Source: an uncultured virus (IMG/VR IMGVR_UViG_3300032322_002078) (Duplodnaviria; Heunggongvirae; Uroviricota; Caudoviricetes). Taken from it: a stretch of DNA of 64,000 bases. Under the pieces are notes generated by a model. That model did not search any database and was not told the DNA's origin. It saw only the letters and a program-made list of their open reading frames with translations. Positions 1 through 8,967 of the stretch are shown here, one piece after another (within the stretch, counting starts at the first letter, position 1; every line of letters begins with the position of its first letter). Location of the stretch: the IMG/VR virus record IMGVR_UViG_3300032322_002078; one strand, written 5' to 3'. The translations under genes were made by a program, and so were the position numbers.

Positions 1-4
1 CTCA

Positions 5-661
5 TTGCATGTCAGTAGCGCTGCGATGAAAGCAACCACCGAAGAGATAGAGAAAACCGACTTTAAAAAGCATTTGTTCAGCATCGATTCCGAGGACCCG
101 GGAGCCGTATTCATCGGTGAGAAATCCAGTACCGAAGAACTCAGGTCTGCAATAGACTCCGTGGCTCGTGAACTAGGAGACGAGTTATTCCAAGCCATCC
201 ATAAGGAGCCGGCTTTCATGGCAACAGACGGTACGAGAGCCACGCTAGGAGTGGTAAGAGAAATTCTTAAGTCCAGGAAAGCCAAAGGCGAGGACATCAG
301 CATGACAACAGTTGTAGACCACGCCTACAAAAGTTTGACGGCAATGGCTGCCGGAATGGGCAGAGCGATTATGGAGAACATCGAATACCTATGTCAGACA
401 TCCCTGATGTTTATACGGCATGGCATGGAATTCCGTAACGATAAGGTTTCACAGCCCCTATACGCGATTTCCGGCGAATTCTTTTATGCTTACATGATTT
501 CCAGGATTGAAGCCAATACAGGTGGAGAAGTTAGTCCCATCACGTTTGTAAGAGATTTCTCCGCCAACAATACCGGACTACAGGATGTCGTATCCAGTGT
601 CGTACTTAAGGCTTTCTTATACGCGGCATGGCGATACAATAAAGAGATAGCTCCGTTATGA
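5..661 (+). CDS. hypothetical protein (start uncertain, near window edge)
   Basis: 218-aa ORF whose stop overlaps the next ATG (ATGA); no recognisable motif. Confidence 0.6.
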   Translation: MHVSSAAMKATTEEIEKTDFKKHLFSIDSEDPGAVFIGEKSSTEELRSAIDSVARELGDELFQAIHKEPAFMATDGTRATLGVVREILKSRKAKGEDISMTTVVDHAYKSLTAMAAGMGRAIMENIEYLCQTSLMFIRHGMEFRNDKVSQPLYAISGEFFYAYMISRIEANTGGEVSPITFVRDFSANNTGLQDVVSSVVLKAFLYAAWRYNKEIAPL

Positions 662-1365
662 AACTACTGGCATACATAAGAGTCAGCACAGACGATCAAT
701 CACTGAGCATGGAAGCCCAGATGAAGGACATCGTGGAGTTCTGCCGGGCTGGTGGTCATGAGCTAGTGGAGGTATTCTCAGACGAGGACGTCAGCGCATT
801 CAAGGAAATCTCCAAGAGACCCGGAGGTGCAAAACTTCTAAAGGCCAGCAGAGAACATCAAGATATCGGTGTGCTCTGCACTAGGATAGACCGGATGTTC
901 AGAAACGCTGTAGACGGTATGGTCACGGCAAAGAAATGGGAAGCCCTGAATATACCGATTTACATCAAGGCCATGGGTTCTAGCGTGGTGGTCACGGACA
1001 CCGCGACGGGATGGCTGTTGTTTCAAACCCTGTTGGTACATGCAGAATTCGAACGAAATCTAACAGCCGAGCGCACATCCGATGTCAAGAAAATGAGAAG
1101 GGATAAGTTGTTGAAGTACAGCTCTCAGGCTCCCTATGGCTGGCGATTCAATAAAGATGATAGTGAAAAGCTAGAGCACGACCCCGAAACCTGGCCAGTG
1201 GTTCAGAAAGTTTTCGAACTGCGAAGACTATGCTTTAGCTATGGCGAAATAATAGAAGAAGTACGCTCTACTCACGGCGTAGAACTTTATAAAATGTTAA
1301 TCAAACGAATCTTAGAACATGAACTCAACAACACAAACAAAACGCCGTCCGGGCAGGCTGCCTAA
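658..1365 (+). CDS. serine recombinase (resolvase/invertase family) with short C-terminal recombinase-type DNA-binding region
   Basis: N-terminal AYIRVSTDDQ (catalytic Ser), RPG, TRIDRMFRN, AEFERNLTAERT, and APYGW motif. Confidence 0.92.
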   Translation: MKLLAYIRVSTDDQSLSMEAQMKDIVEFCRAGGHELVEVFSDEDVSAFKEISKRPGGAKLLKASREHQDIGVLCTRIDRMFRNAVDGMVTAKKWEALNIPIYIKAMGSSVVVTDTATGWLLFQTLLVHAEFERNLTAERTSDVKKMRRDKLLKYSSQAPYGWRFNKDDSEKLEHDPETWPVVQKVFELRRLCFSYGEIIEEVRSTHGVELYKMLIKRILEHELNNTNKTPSGQAA

Positions 1366-1603
1366 GTACGGATTTGACAACTTAAAGAAGCCCGGAGATA
1401 CCATGCGTATACTACCGGAGCTAGAAGGCTTGGAATTCTTCACCCCCGCAGATGCCAAGCGAATCACCACTTCCATATACTCCCACAGGTTGAGACACAG
1501 GTTCGGTAAAGCCGGGCGTGTGTTGACATCGCGCAGCATCACTAATTCCGATGGTAAAATAACTGAAATCTGTGTGGTATGCATGAAGTCCTCTCCATTG
1601 TAG
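1319..1603 (+). CDS. small basic hypothetical protein, possibly DNA-binding
   Basis: 94 aa; GRLPKYGFDNLKKPGD resembles common small phage DNA-binding proteins. Confidence 0.55.
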   Translation: MNSTTQTKRRPGRLPKYGFDNLKKPGDTMRILPELEGLEFFTPADAKRITTSIYSHRLRHRFGKAGRVLTSRSITNSDGKITEICVVCMKSSPL

Positions 1604-1660
1604 TCGGTTTGTACTACTTCACCGTGGCACTGTTCGCGTACCATGTGATTTCCGAATTAA

Positions 1661-1668
1661 TATCTTTG
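1661..1668 (+). promoter_or_regulatory. Bacteroidota-type -7 promoter element (TATCTTTG)
   Basis: Matches TAnnTTTG; followed by an AT-rich leader and the ATG at 1712. Confidence 0.6.
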
Positions 1669-1711
1669 CGTAAGAAATAAATTTTTATTTACACTTTAAA
1701 ATCCAACAAAA

Positions 1712-2503
1712 ATGGCAGGTTTATCCAAAGGGGATCGCGAAAACACGATCTACTGCAAACTATTCACCAAGGAACCCGGAACCGATGAAATCAATCCGTT
1801 CATTGGGCGATCCAAAAAAGTAAACGATCGGTACGAAATCGTTGAGCGCTACTCCGAACTAGAGGGCGTGATAGAAGAAATGTCTATCGGCAAATTCGTT
1901 CACAAAGACAAAGAGAATACCACTGTGAAGGTTGTGTTTCGGGACGACGAGCAGAATCGAATTCAGCTCGAAATGACATTCACCATGTTAGCATATTCTT
2001 TCCTGAATTGCTTGGCTAGCGCCGACCTGACTAGCGGAAAGCCCGTTAAGGTGGTGGTATTCAGGGGTATCAATAACAAAACAGGCGACCCTCAAGCCGT
2101 GTTGTTGATGTACCAAGGCCCAGAACGGCTGGAGTGGATGTACAAATGGGGTGAGGAAATCCCTAAAATTGAGAAAGTAAAAGTCGGAAAGAACCTAGTG
2201 ATGGACGACGAGGCCACCCAGGAATTCTTCCTTTCTTTGATTAACAGCATCCTGATCCCCGCTGTAAAAAATCGTCAGAAATCCAGCCCTCCTGCGGCGC
2301 CTAAGCCAGAAGACTTTGTCAAAGAGCATCAGGAGCGCAATCCCAATGTGGGCAGAAATGATTTCAGAAAAGGCAGTAACTCAAAGGATTCCGATATACC
2401 CGGAAAGATTGAAAACTACGTAACCAATACCCCCGATAATCATGATAGCAGTCCTCAACAAGATGGCGGTTGGAATCCTGGCGATGACGACCTTCCGTTC
2501 TGA
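1712..2503 (+). CDS. putative single-stranded DNA-binding protein
   Basis: Beta-rich N-terminus, disordered linker and acidic tail GDDDLPF typical of SSBs; lies next to a nuclease. Confidence 0.65.
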   Translation: MAGLSKGDRENTIYCKLFTKEPGTDEINPFIGRSKKVNDRYEIVERYSELEGVIEEMSIGKFVHKDKENTTVKVVFRDDEQNRIQLEMTFTMLAYSFLNCLASADLTSGKPVKVVVFRGINNKTGDPQAVLLMYQGPERLEWMYKWGEEIPKIEKVKVGKNLVMDDEATQEFFLSLINSILIPAVKNRQKSSPPAAPKPEDFVKEHQERNPNVGRNDFRKGSNSKDSDIPGKIENYVTNTPDNHDSSPQQDGGWNPGDDDLPF

Positions 2504-2641
2504 CAACTACAATGCCTATAAAGAGCATTGTAGGGTTAAAAAAGTCATCCTATCCGCGCACCCCGGCAAAGTGGGGGCTCTCGAGCGATACAAGCACATA
2601 GTAGCGCAGCGAGAAATCCTAAGAAAAATGCTGACCTAGGT

Positions 2642-2857
2642 ATGTCATCAGGTGTGAGCAGGCAGCAATGGCGTGAATTCCATTACGGAAAACCGTCAGC
2701 CGGTACTACAAAAGTGTGGTGTCTCAAATCGGGAGACCACACTTTTATTCGCGGCGCTTATGCGCTGTGCAACTGGCGTAAAAAACAAATAATCAAAAAC
2801 GGCGAGCTCCCCGCAGCCGATTTAAAAACTTTAAGAATCGTACCTTATGAGCACTGA
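2642..2857 (+). CDS. hypothetical protein
   Basis: 71-aa ORF within the operon, overlapping the next gene. Confidence 0.55.
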   Translation: MSSGVSRQQWREFHYGKPSAGTTKVWCLKSGDHTFIRGAYALCNWRKKQIIKNGELPAADLKTLRIVPYEH

Positions 2858-3815
2858 ATTAAATAATCTTATTGAGGTCATGGCCGACCTCAATAAATGG
2901 GGCAACCCTTCCTACCGACTCAAGAGAGTTAATCTGAAAAAAGGCCGGTATTACATAAAGCCTGGACGCAGTAAGCCATTTATGTTTCAGAGCGTCACCT
3001 CTGTTCTAGGGGTTTCTACCCCGCTACCCGAGGCCATCATCAAGAAGATGTGCGAGGTCGGATATCAGAACTGGAAACAATATCTGAATGAACGCGCTAC
3101 CTATGGAACCATAATGCATATCCTAGCCGCCGATCACTTAATTAACGAAGGCACCGATTTCGACGCCTTAGGTGAGAAACTGTACAACATATTCGAGAGA
3201 TTTAAAGTATCTAGCGAACTTTGGTTTTCGTGGTACGAAGACCTCAACCAGGATCTAATCGCCTTCGCTCAGTTCTGCGTTGACTATAACGTCAGACCGC
3301 TTCTAATAGAAGCTCCTTTGGCTAGTGAGGCCTACGGATTTGCCGGCACTTTGGATATCGTGTGCGATATCACTATTTCTGAAAAAGGATTTTGGGGCGA
3401 AACCTATAAAACAGGTGAGCGGAAAGGCGAAGCCAAGGAGACAAAAGCAGATGTAGAATACCTGGCTGTAATAGATTTGAAATCCGGAAGACACGGCCAT
3501 ACCGCTCAGCATGCCGAACAACTCCGGTTGTGTGAAATGCTGCTGCGCGAGAACTACCCTGAAAGAACCAGCGGAAAAATCATTAAGTTGTTTAATTGGT
3601 CGCCTAGGGATTGGCGTAGTGAAGCCAGTTATTCACTGACCGATCAGACCGACAAAAACACTGATGAGTCCGTGATACACAGACTGGCCCTAGCTCGTAT
3701 CGACAGCGGGGACCTGACTAAATCCCCTACCTATCTAAAAACATTTGGATACCTACCCTTGGGTCAAGACCCCGCTACGATATGGGATTTTGCCCCTGTC
3801 TTTGAGTTCGAATAA
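2847..3815 (+). CDS. PD-(D/E)XK (Cas4/RecB-like) phage exonuclease
   Basis: SVTSVL, GTIMH, IEAPL, GFAGTLDIV, VIDLKSG and QLRL motifs. Confidence 0.85.
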   Translation: MSTELNNLIEVMADLNKWGNPSYRLKRVNLKKGRYYIKPGRSKPFMFQSVTSVLGVSTPLPEAIIKKMCEVGYQNWKQYLNERATYGTIMHILAADHLINEGTDFDALGEKLYNIFERFKVSSELWFSWYEDLNQDLIAFAQFCVDYNVRPLLIEAPLASEAYGFAGTLDIVCDITISEKGFWGETYKTGERKGEAKETKADVEYLAVIDLKSGRHGHTAQHAEQLRLCEMLLRENYPERTSGKIIKLFNWSPRDWRSEASYSLTDQTDKNTDESVIHRLALARIDSGDLTKSPTYLKTFGYLPLGQDPATIWDFAPVFEFE

Positions 3816-3828
3816 AAACCCCATCAAA

Positions 3829-4761
3829 ATGAGAATATTTTTAGACACTGAGTTCACCGGACTTCGGCAGGATGCCGAATTGATATCCATAGGACTGGTT
3901 TCGGATAGCGGCGAATGTTTTTACGCCGAATTCATCGACTATGATAAACACAAGGTTGATGAATGGGTGCGAGATAACGTTGTAAACAAACTTGTTCTGT
4001 CTTCAAAACCCGCAACCACCAAAGGTTGGATCGACATAACTCACCGAAGAAAAAATCCTTCGTTATACAGTATTGCAATGAAGGGTGTATTAGTACATAT
4101 CGCCGACCAACTCATGACCTGGTTGGGATCCCTGCAGAAAACATCAGGCCATAAACTAGAGGTATGGGCCGACTGCAATGCCTATGACTGGGTTCTCTTT
4201 AGGAATCTACTAGCGCATTATCCTTATTTCAGCGACTTGGTATACTACATCCCTTTTGACCTCTGCACTAGGCTGTATGAGTACGGCATAGATCCGGATA
4301 TCTCAAGAGTTGAGCTCGCCAAACTGCGTTCAAGAGAAAAAGAGAATTTACTTCTTCCCACATCTATTTCTTCATCCGGAGAGCTATCTAGTATACAACA
4401 TATATCGCTGTACGATGCTGTCTTGATTAAGCGATGCTTCAACGCCGCCGGTAATATAAGCGGACGCCACGGCAGAGTTAAATCTATGCGATGGGCCATA
4501 CCGGCTAACGAGATAAATGATGTAGATGGTCACTGGGTTGACCTTAAGGATGAAATGATTCCTGTGGGTATACCGGTGTATGTGAAATGCAATAACCCAA
4601 GAATGGTTTCTCAAATCATAATCCCAGGCTTAGAGGGTTTCTCAATAGAATCCCTAGATACAAATCTACCGGATGGCCTTGAGTTAAAAGCAAGACTAGC
4701 TCCCGGATTTCTGTGGAGCCATTGGTGGAAAACAAATAAACAAATCCATGACAAAAACTGA
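3829..4761 (+). CDS. DEDDh 3'-5' exonuclease/exoribonuclease-domain protein with C-terminal extension
   Basis: IFLDTEFTG...LISIGLV, AYDW, HISLYDA motifs; start taken at ATG 3829. Confidence 0.85.
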   Translation: MRIFLDTEFTGLRQDAELISIGLVSDSGECFYAEFIDYDKHKVDEWVRDNVVNKLVLSSKPATTKGWIDITHRRKNPSLYSIAMKGVLVHIADQLMTWLGSLQKTSGHKLEVWADCNAYDWVLFRNLLAHYPYFSDLVYYIPFDLCTRLYEYGIDPDISRVELAKLRSREKENLLLPTSISSSGELSSIQHISLYDAVLIKRCFNAAGNISGRHGRVKSMRWAIPANEINDVDGHWVDLKDEMIPVGIPVYVKCNNPRMVSQIIIPGLEGFSIESLDTNLPDGLELKARLAPGFLWSHWWKTNKQIHDKN

Positions 4762-4987
4762 GGCCAATAGAATCCTGCCGTTTTTAGAAAAAATAGGCAT
4801 GAAGACATCAGACTTCACTCCAGCTCAGCTAACCGCAATGCTGAAATTCGGCAACTATTGCGTGGAAAACCATAAGAAAGAAACCATTAAATACTGCTTG
4901 GCTGTGCAAGAAATTGGAGAGCTGCATCGCTGCGAGGCGCAGTGCGATAGCTGCAGGGCCGAAATACTTAAATCAAAACAGACTTAA
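4748..4987 (+). CDS. hypothetical protein
   Basis: 79 aa with Cys cluster CxxxCxxC; overlaps the upstream gene. Confidence 0.55.
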   Translation: MTKTEANRILPFLEKIGMKTSDFTPAQLTAMLKFGNYCVENHKKETIKYCLAVQEIGELHRCEAQCDSCRAEILKSKQT

Positions 4988-4989
4988 TC

Positions 4990-5160
4990 ATGAAACTAGA
5001 AAAAAACGATTTGTACTTTGCGCTAAAGCGCATGCCAAAAGAGCTGGTGTCTTTAATGAAATCCGATACCTGGATAGGGAAAATTTTCGTCGGAGACGCT
5101 ATCGAGGCCGCCAAGAGAGGCCGCCTGATAGCCAGAGGTTATTTTGGCGCGGACAAATGA
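4990..5160 (+). CDS. hypothetical protein (56 aa, below the ORF-track cutoff)
   Basis: Translated by hand: MKLEKNDLYFALKRMPKELV...GADK*; stop overlaps the ATG of the next gene. Confidence 0.5.
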   Translation: MKLEKNDLYFALKRMPKELVSLMKSDTWIGKIFVGDAIEAAKRGRLIARGYFGADK

Positions 5161-5801
5161 AAGTATTGCTGATGGGCGAAGAAAGTCAGATCACAACCAA
5201 GTTACTCAGGGCAAGAGGCCATGAAGCATTTTCGTGCGACCTCAAGCCCTGTAGTGGCGGACGTCCTGACTGGCACATACAGGGCGACGTGTATGAAATC
5301 TTGTCCCTGGATTGGGACATGATGATCGCACATCCTCCGTGTACATTCATAGCGGCATCTGGTCAGCGCTGGCTTAGCCATCCCGATGACAGCGGTCTTC
5401 CTTTCGATGACAGAAGACCACACCCCAGTTACCCCAACCGCAGAGCGGATCGCGATGCCGCCATACGCTTCGCTCTGTCTCTGTACTACTCACCCATACC
5501 GAAGGTCTGCATAGAGAACCCCATAGGCGCACTAAGCACAATCTGGAGGAAACCCGATCAGATCGTTCATCCCTGGATGTTTGGCGATGCCGCTAGTAAG
5601 GCTACTTGCCTCTGGCTGAAAGGGCTTCCTAAACTCGAACCCACGAACATCGTGGACAAAGGGGAATATGTCTACCTCAAGAACGGGAAGCGGGAGCAGA
5701 AATGGATCTATGACGCCAGGTGGGACAAGAAAAGAACACAGGAAATTAGAAGTAAAACATTCCCAGGAATGGCTGCGGCATTCGCTAGTCAATGGGGTTA
5801 A
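5157..5801 (+). CDS. phage DNA cytosine-5 methyltransferase-like protein (short type)
   Basis: MKVLLxxEES...AFSCDL, WDMMIAHPPCT (PC motif), IENP, KATCLWL, RSKTFPGMAAA. Confidence 0.8.
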   Translation: MKVLLMGEESQITTKLLRARGHEAFSCDLKPCSGGRPDWHIQGDVYEILSLDWDMMIAHPPCTFIAASGQRWLSHPDDSGLPFDDRRPHPSYPNRRADRDAAIRFALSLYYSPIPKVCIENPIGALSTIWRKPDQIVHPWMFGDAASKATCLWLKGLPKLEPTNIVDKGEYVYLKNGKREQKWIYDARWDKKRTQEIRSKTFPGMAAAFASQWG

Positions 5802-5814
5802 TTCAAACCAAGTA

Positions 5815-6156
5815 TTACTTCTTGTTTTTGGTGATCGCCTTCTTCGTGGACTTCGACATATTGGATATGTTCGACTTCGAGCTCTTCTCTCGCTTCATCT
5901 TACCTGTATTGGGATCTGAAACGTAATCTCCTTTACCGCCGATGTTTTTGACTGTGTTTTTGATAGCTGTTCCTGCTTTTTTCGCGGTGTCCTTTATTCC
6001 CTTACGGATTTTTGGATCGCTTAATGCACCCGCGATGAGTGTGCCCGCGATAGCACCTGCGGCGATTTTGGGACCGAGGTTGCGACCTTTCTTTTTTTGG
6101 TTGGACTGCCTTGCATCTTCTTTTAGCTGCTGCGGCGTTTTTGGTTCGTTTGGCAT
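5815..6156 (-). CDS. small Lys-rich basic protein
   Basis: MPNEPK... 113 aa, K/G/A-rich; opposite strand to its neighbours. Confidence 0.65.
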   Translation of the reverse strand: MPNEPKTPQQLKEDARQSNQKKKGRNLGPKIAAGAIAGTLIAGALSDPKIRKGIKDTAKKAGTAIKNTVKNIGGKGDYVSDPNTGKMKREKSSKSNISNMSKSTKKAITKNKK

Positions 6157-6370
6157 AAATTTGTTTTTAACGGTTTCAAATATCAATTTTTTTACAACAC
6201 AAAACAACTAGAGTAAATAATTCTATCTGAAATAGATAGAATGAAAACCCCTTGATTTAACTCAAAACGTAACAATGCTAGAGCAGCTCAAAGAAGAAGT
6301 AGATCGGGCTGTCAAGAGTTGGTTGGTTAGGCATGTCGCCTAGCGCCTGTAGTTCATAAACCTTTGCACA

Positions 6371-6970
6371 ATGGAAAGAAGATTTATACAAGGATTGAAG
6401 AAACTGACCGATAAAACAGATGTTTCCTGGAAAGGATCTCTGTTTGTGACAATTGCTTACAGATGGAGCAATGAACAAGATCACAGTTACCCGGTTGGGG
6501 TATACCGAACCCTCGACAGCGCTATTAGCAATGCGAATAAAGAGGTGCAGAAAAGAGGCGGCAAATATGGCTGCAAGGTGTACGCAACACAGCATGTCAA
6601 TAAATTCAAGGAAGACAGGCTGGTTGAGATTTACGAAATCGAAAGCCCCTACAAAAGAAAGGCAGGAAAAAAAAATAACGCCAGCGAACTACTATGCGAT
6701 GAGCTGCTAGAGGTATTGTCTAGCTCATTCGGAATCGCCATAAATCTATCTGATTTCTTTAATTATAATTGCGCGGACATGATGTTAATTGATATACAAG
6801 ACCTGTATTGGGTTTTGCCGATATTCAAGAAATACGGCTGGAGCGGCATGTACGCTGCGGCTAGTTTCATTGCGAGAAAGATGCCGATTGAACCCATGAT
6901 AAACGACATATTCAGAGAGGCGTATGCAGAAATCGAAAGGATCAATCCGGAGGTTCATTCGGAGTATTGA
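6371..6970 (+). CDS. hypothetical protein
   Basis: 199-aa ORF; followed by a TATCATTCTATAAC tail similar to the cassette ends downstream. Confidence 0.65.
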   Translation: MERRFIQGLKKLTDKTDVSWKGSLFVTIAYRWSNEQDHSYPVGVYRTLDSAISNANKEVQKRGGKYGCKVYATQHVNKFKEDRLVEIYEIESPYKRKAGKKNNASELLCDELLEVLSSSFGIAINLSDFFNYNCADMMLIDIQDLYWVLPIFKKYGWSGMYAAASFIARKMPIEPMINDIFREAYAEIERINPEVHSEY

Positions 6971-7002
6971 GTAATATCATTCTATAACAAATAAATAGAA
7001 TT

Positions 7003-7791
7003 ATGAATTTACACGATTACGACATAATTATCATCAACTCCAGCGGCGGAAAGGACTCTCTTTGCGCCCTCTGGGAGGTGTGCCGATTAGCCACTGAGCA
7101 GGGCTTCCCATTTGAAAAAATAACTGTATCGCATCAAGATTTAGGCGATATGGAATGGGCCGGAACAAAAGAACTGGTTAAGAGGCAGGCGGAATTATTC
7201 GGGTTGAAAACATACTACTCGAAACGTAGAAATAAAAATGGATATGAAGAAACGCTTTTGGAGTATGTGGAAAGGCGCGGTAAGTGGCCAAGTAATAAGC
7301 AGCGGTACTGCACTAGTGATTTTAAGCGGGGTCCAGGAGGAAGGGCAGTAACTGCCTTGACCACTGGGCTGGGAGAATGTAAAGTGCTGTATGTATTTGG
7401 ATTTCGTAAAGATGAAAGCCCATCCAGAGCGAAAAAGGAATCATTGAAACCAAACAAGCAGCTGACAACCAAAAGTCGCACGGTTCACGACTGGCTACCT
7501 ATTCACGACTGGGATAAAGAAAAGGTTTGGTCGACGATTACCGCTCACAACCTACCGTACCATCCAGCTTATGATTTAGGAATGCCACGCCTTTCTTGTT
7601 GCTTCTGTATATTCAGCCCATTTGATGCGCTAGTACTAGCTGGTAAAGCGAATCCTGAGTTACTGGATAAATACATTGAAGTAGAAAGGAAGATCGGACA
7701 CACCTTTAGGGATGGTTTTACAATCGAATCTGTGCGAGCGGCAATTAATAATAATTATGAACCGAAAGGTATCAATGACTGGGTAATGTAG
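7003..7791 (+). CDS. phosphoadenosine phosphosulfate (PAPS) reductase family protein
   Basis: PP-loop SSGGKDS, RYCTSDFK, GFRKDESPSR, PIHDW, HPAY, RLSCCFC. Confidence 0.9.
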   Translation: MNLHDYDIIIINSSGGKDSLCALWEVCRLATEQGFPFEKITVSHQDLGDMEWAGTKELVKRQAELFGLKTYYSKRRNKNGYEETLLEYVERRGKWPSNKQRYCTSDFKRGPGGRAVTALTTGLGECKVLYVFGFRKDESPSRAKKESLKPNKQLTTKSRTVHDWLPIHDWDKEKVWSTITAHNLPYHPAYDLGMPRLSCCFCIFSPFDALVLAGKANPELLDKYIEVERKIGHTFRDGFTIESVRAAINNNYEPKGINDWVM

Positions 7792-7800
7792 TATCACCTA

Positions 7801-7947
7801 TAACGTTTTACAGATAAGCAAAGGCACAAATAGAGTTGGCATTGTGCGTGGATAATTAAACAATTTAAACATTAAAATATGAAGCAAAATATAACCACAA
7901 ATGTTCAATCGGAGCCGCTCACCCTACCTGGCGCAAAACCCGTGTTA
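7801..7947 (+). repeat. attC-like junction site 1 (degenerate or chimeric)
   Basis: Starts TAACGTTT...AAGGC like site 2 and ends AAACCCGTGTTA, but its two arms do not pair with each other. Confidence 0.5.
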
Positions 7948-8271
7948 TCGGTTCGGGCTTCTTGTTCGTCCGGCAAATGGCAAGCCGTTAAAAATTCAAG
8001 TTGGTCTGAAAAACATGTAAGTGAATTTGGCAATAGAGCAGGATATGTGATTTGCCATCATAATAGAAACCGTGAATTAGTAGCAGTTGCTTCTGTTATA
8101 GGAATGCCGTTTGTTGACCAAAAGGAAATTGATGCAAATGCTAAATTGATTGAAGCTGCTCCTGCTCTACTGGATGCTCTTGAAAAATTCACATTGCTTG
8201 ATGAAAACCATTATAGAGATATAGCAGGTCTAATTCAATACGCTAAAAATGTTGTTGAGAAGCTGTCATAG
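7879..8271 (+). CDS. cassette A hypothetical phage protein
   Basis: 130 aa; C-terminal ANAKLIEAAPALLDAL resembles a widespread phage motif; starts inside site 1. Confidence 0.7.
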   Translation: MKQNITTNVQSEPLTLPGAKPVLSVRASCSSGKWQAVKNSSWSEKHVSEFGNRAGYVICHHNRNRELVAVASVIGMPFVDQKEIDANAKLIEAAPALLDALEKFTLLDENHYRDIAGLIQYAKNVVEKLS

Positions 8272-8280
8272 CCTGACCGC

Positions 8281-8366
8281 TAACGTTTGGCGGCTTGGCG
8301 AAGGCTGCCTAACGAATGCTCAAAGCTCGCACAATGTCTATGGCAGCTTTTGCCAAACCGCTGTTA
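8281..8366 (+). repeat. attC-like junction site 2 (imperfect palindrome)
   Basis: TAAC-GTTT-GGCGGCTTGGCGAAGGCTGCC ... GGCAGCTTTTGCCAAACCGCT-GTTA: 21-bp stem plus TAAC/GTTA pairing with a 4-nt bulge. Confidence 0.8.
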
Positions 8367-8409
8367 TGTGCTGGGCGGTTATCAGCACTAAATTTAATTT
8401 GAAAACGAA

Positions 8410-8574
8410 ATGACAGTACAAGAATTGATTAATGCACTTGAAAAACTACCGAAAGACAAAATTGTAGTTTTAACAGAACCTGACGGAATTGGTTGGGATA
8501 ATATCGGACAAGTAATCGAAGAGGGGAGCACAGTTAAAATCACAATGGATGGAAATCATCCATTCGAGGACTAA
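8410..8574 (+). CDS. cassette B hypothetical protein (54 aa, below the ORF-track cutoff)
   Basis: Translated by hand: MTVQELINALEKLPKDKIVVLTEPDG...NHPFED*; MTVxELIxxL is a common phage N-terminus. Confidence 0.7.
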   Translation: MTVQELINALEKLPKDKIVVLTEPDGIGWDNIGQVIEEGSTVKITMDGNHPFED

Positions 8575-8588
8575 TGTAGCCTTGCACA

Positions 8589-8712
8589 TAACGTGATGCG
8601 TGTATAAGAAGTGGCGGAATTTGAAACCAAAATTTTCAGCGAACGCAGAACTTAATTAGAAATGAAAAGTTTAAATTAACCGAGAACCCGCCATTTTTTA
8701 TACACGCTGTTA
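8589..8712 (+). repeat. attC-like junction site 3 (imperfect palindrome)
   Basis: TAAC-GTGA-TGCGTGTATAAGAAGTGGCGG ... CCGCCATTTTTTATACACGCT-GTTA: same geometry as site 2 with a different sequence. Confidence 0.8.
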
Positions 8713-8742
8713 GTGGCTGGGCTTTTCACAAATCAAATAGAA

Positions 8743-8967
8743 ATGGAAAAACAAATCAAAATGTATGGTGGTGATATGATTGCCAAATACCAAGAAACAG
8801 ATGAGAAAAAGCAGATGTTATGGGATGCTTTTATTAAGTGGTGTGAAGAACACAACGCATCAACTGGGGAAAGTTTCCAAAATGATGACTTTCAAATTGA
8901 TGCACCCGATTTTATGGCAGAAGCTATTGATAAAATTGTTGTGTTTGAAACGGAATGGGGTTCTTAG
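8743..8967 (+). CDS. cassette C hypothetical acidic protein
   Basis: MEKQIKMYGG...ETEWGS, lying between site 3 and the TAAC at 8977. Confidence 0.7.
   Translation: MEKQIKMYGGDMIAKYQETDEKKQMLWDAFIKWCEEHNASTGESFQNDDFQIDAPDFMAEAIDKIVVFETEWGS

Noticed and set aside
4914..5156. N-terminal extension of the methyltransferase ORF given in the ORF track
   Set aside because: Family-like sequence starts at ATG 5157; the upstream part is better explained by ORFs 4748-4987 and 4990-5160
8281..8712. Junction hairpins as plain rho-independent terminators
   Set aside because: No U tract after the stems, long loops, and termination does not explain the cassette-specific end complementarity
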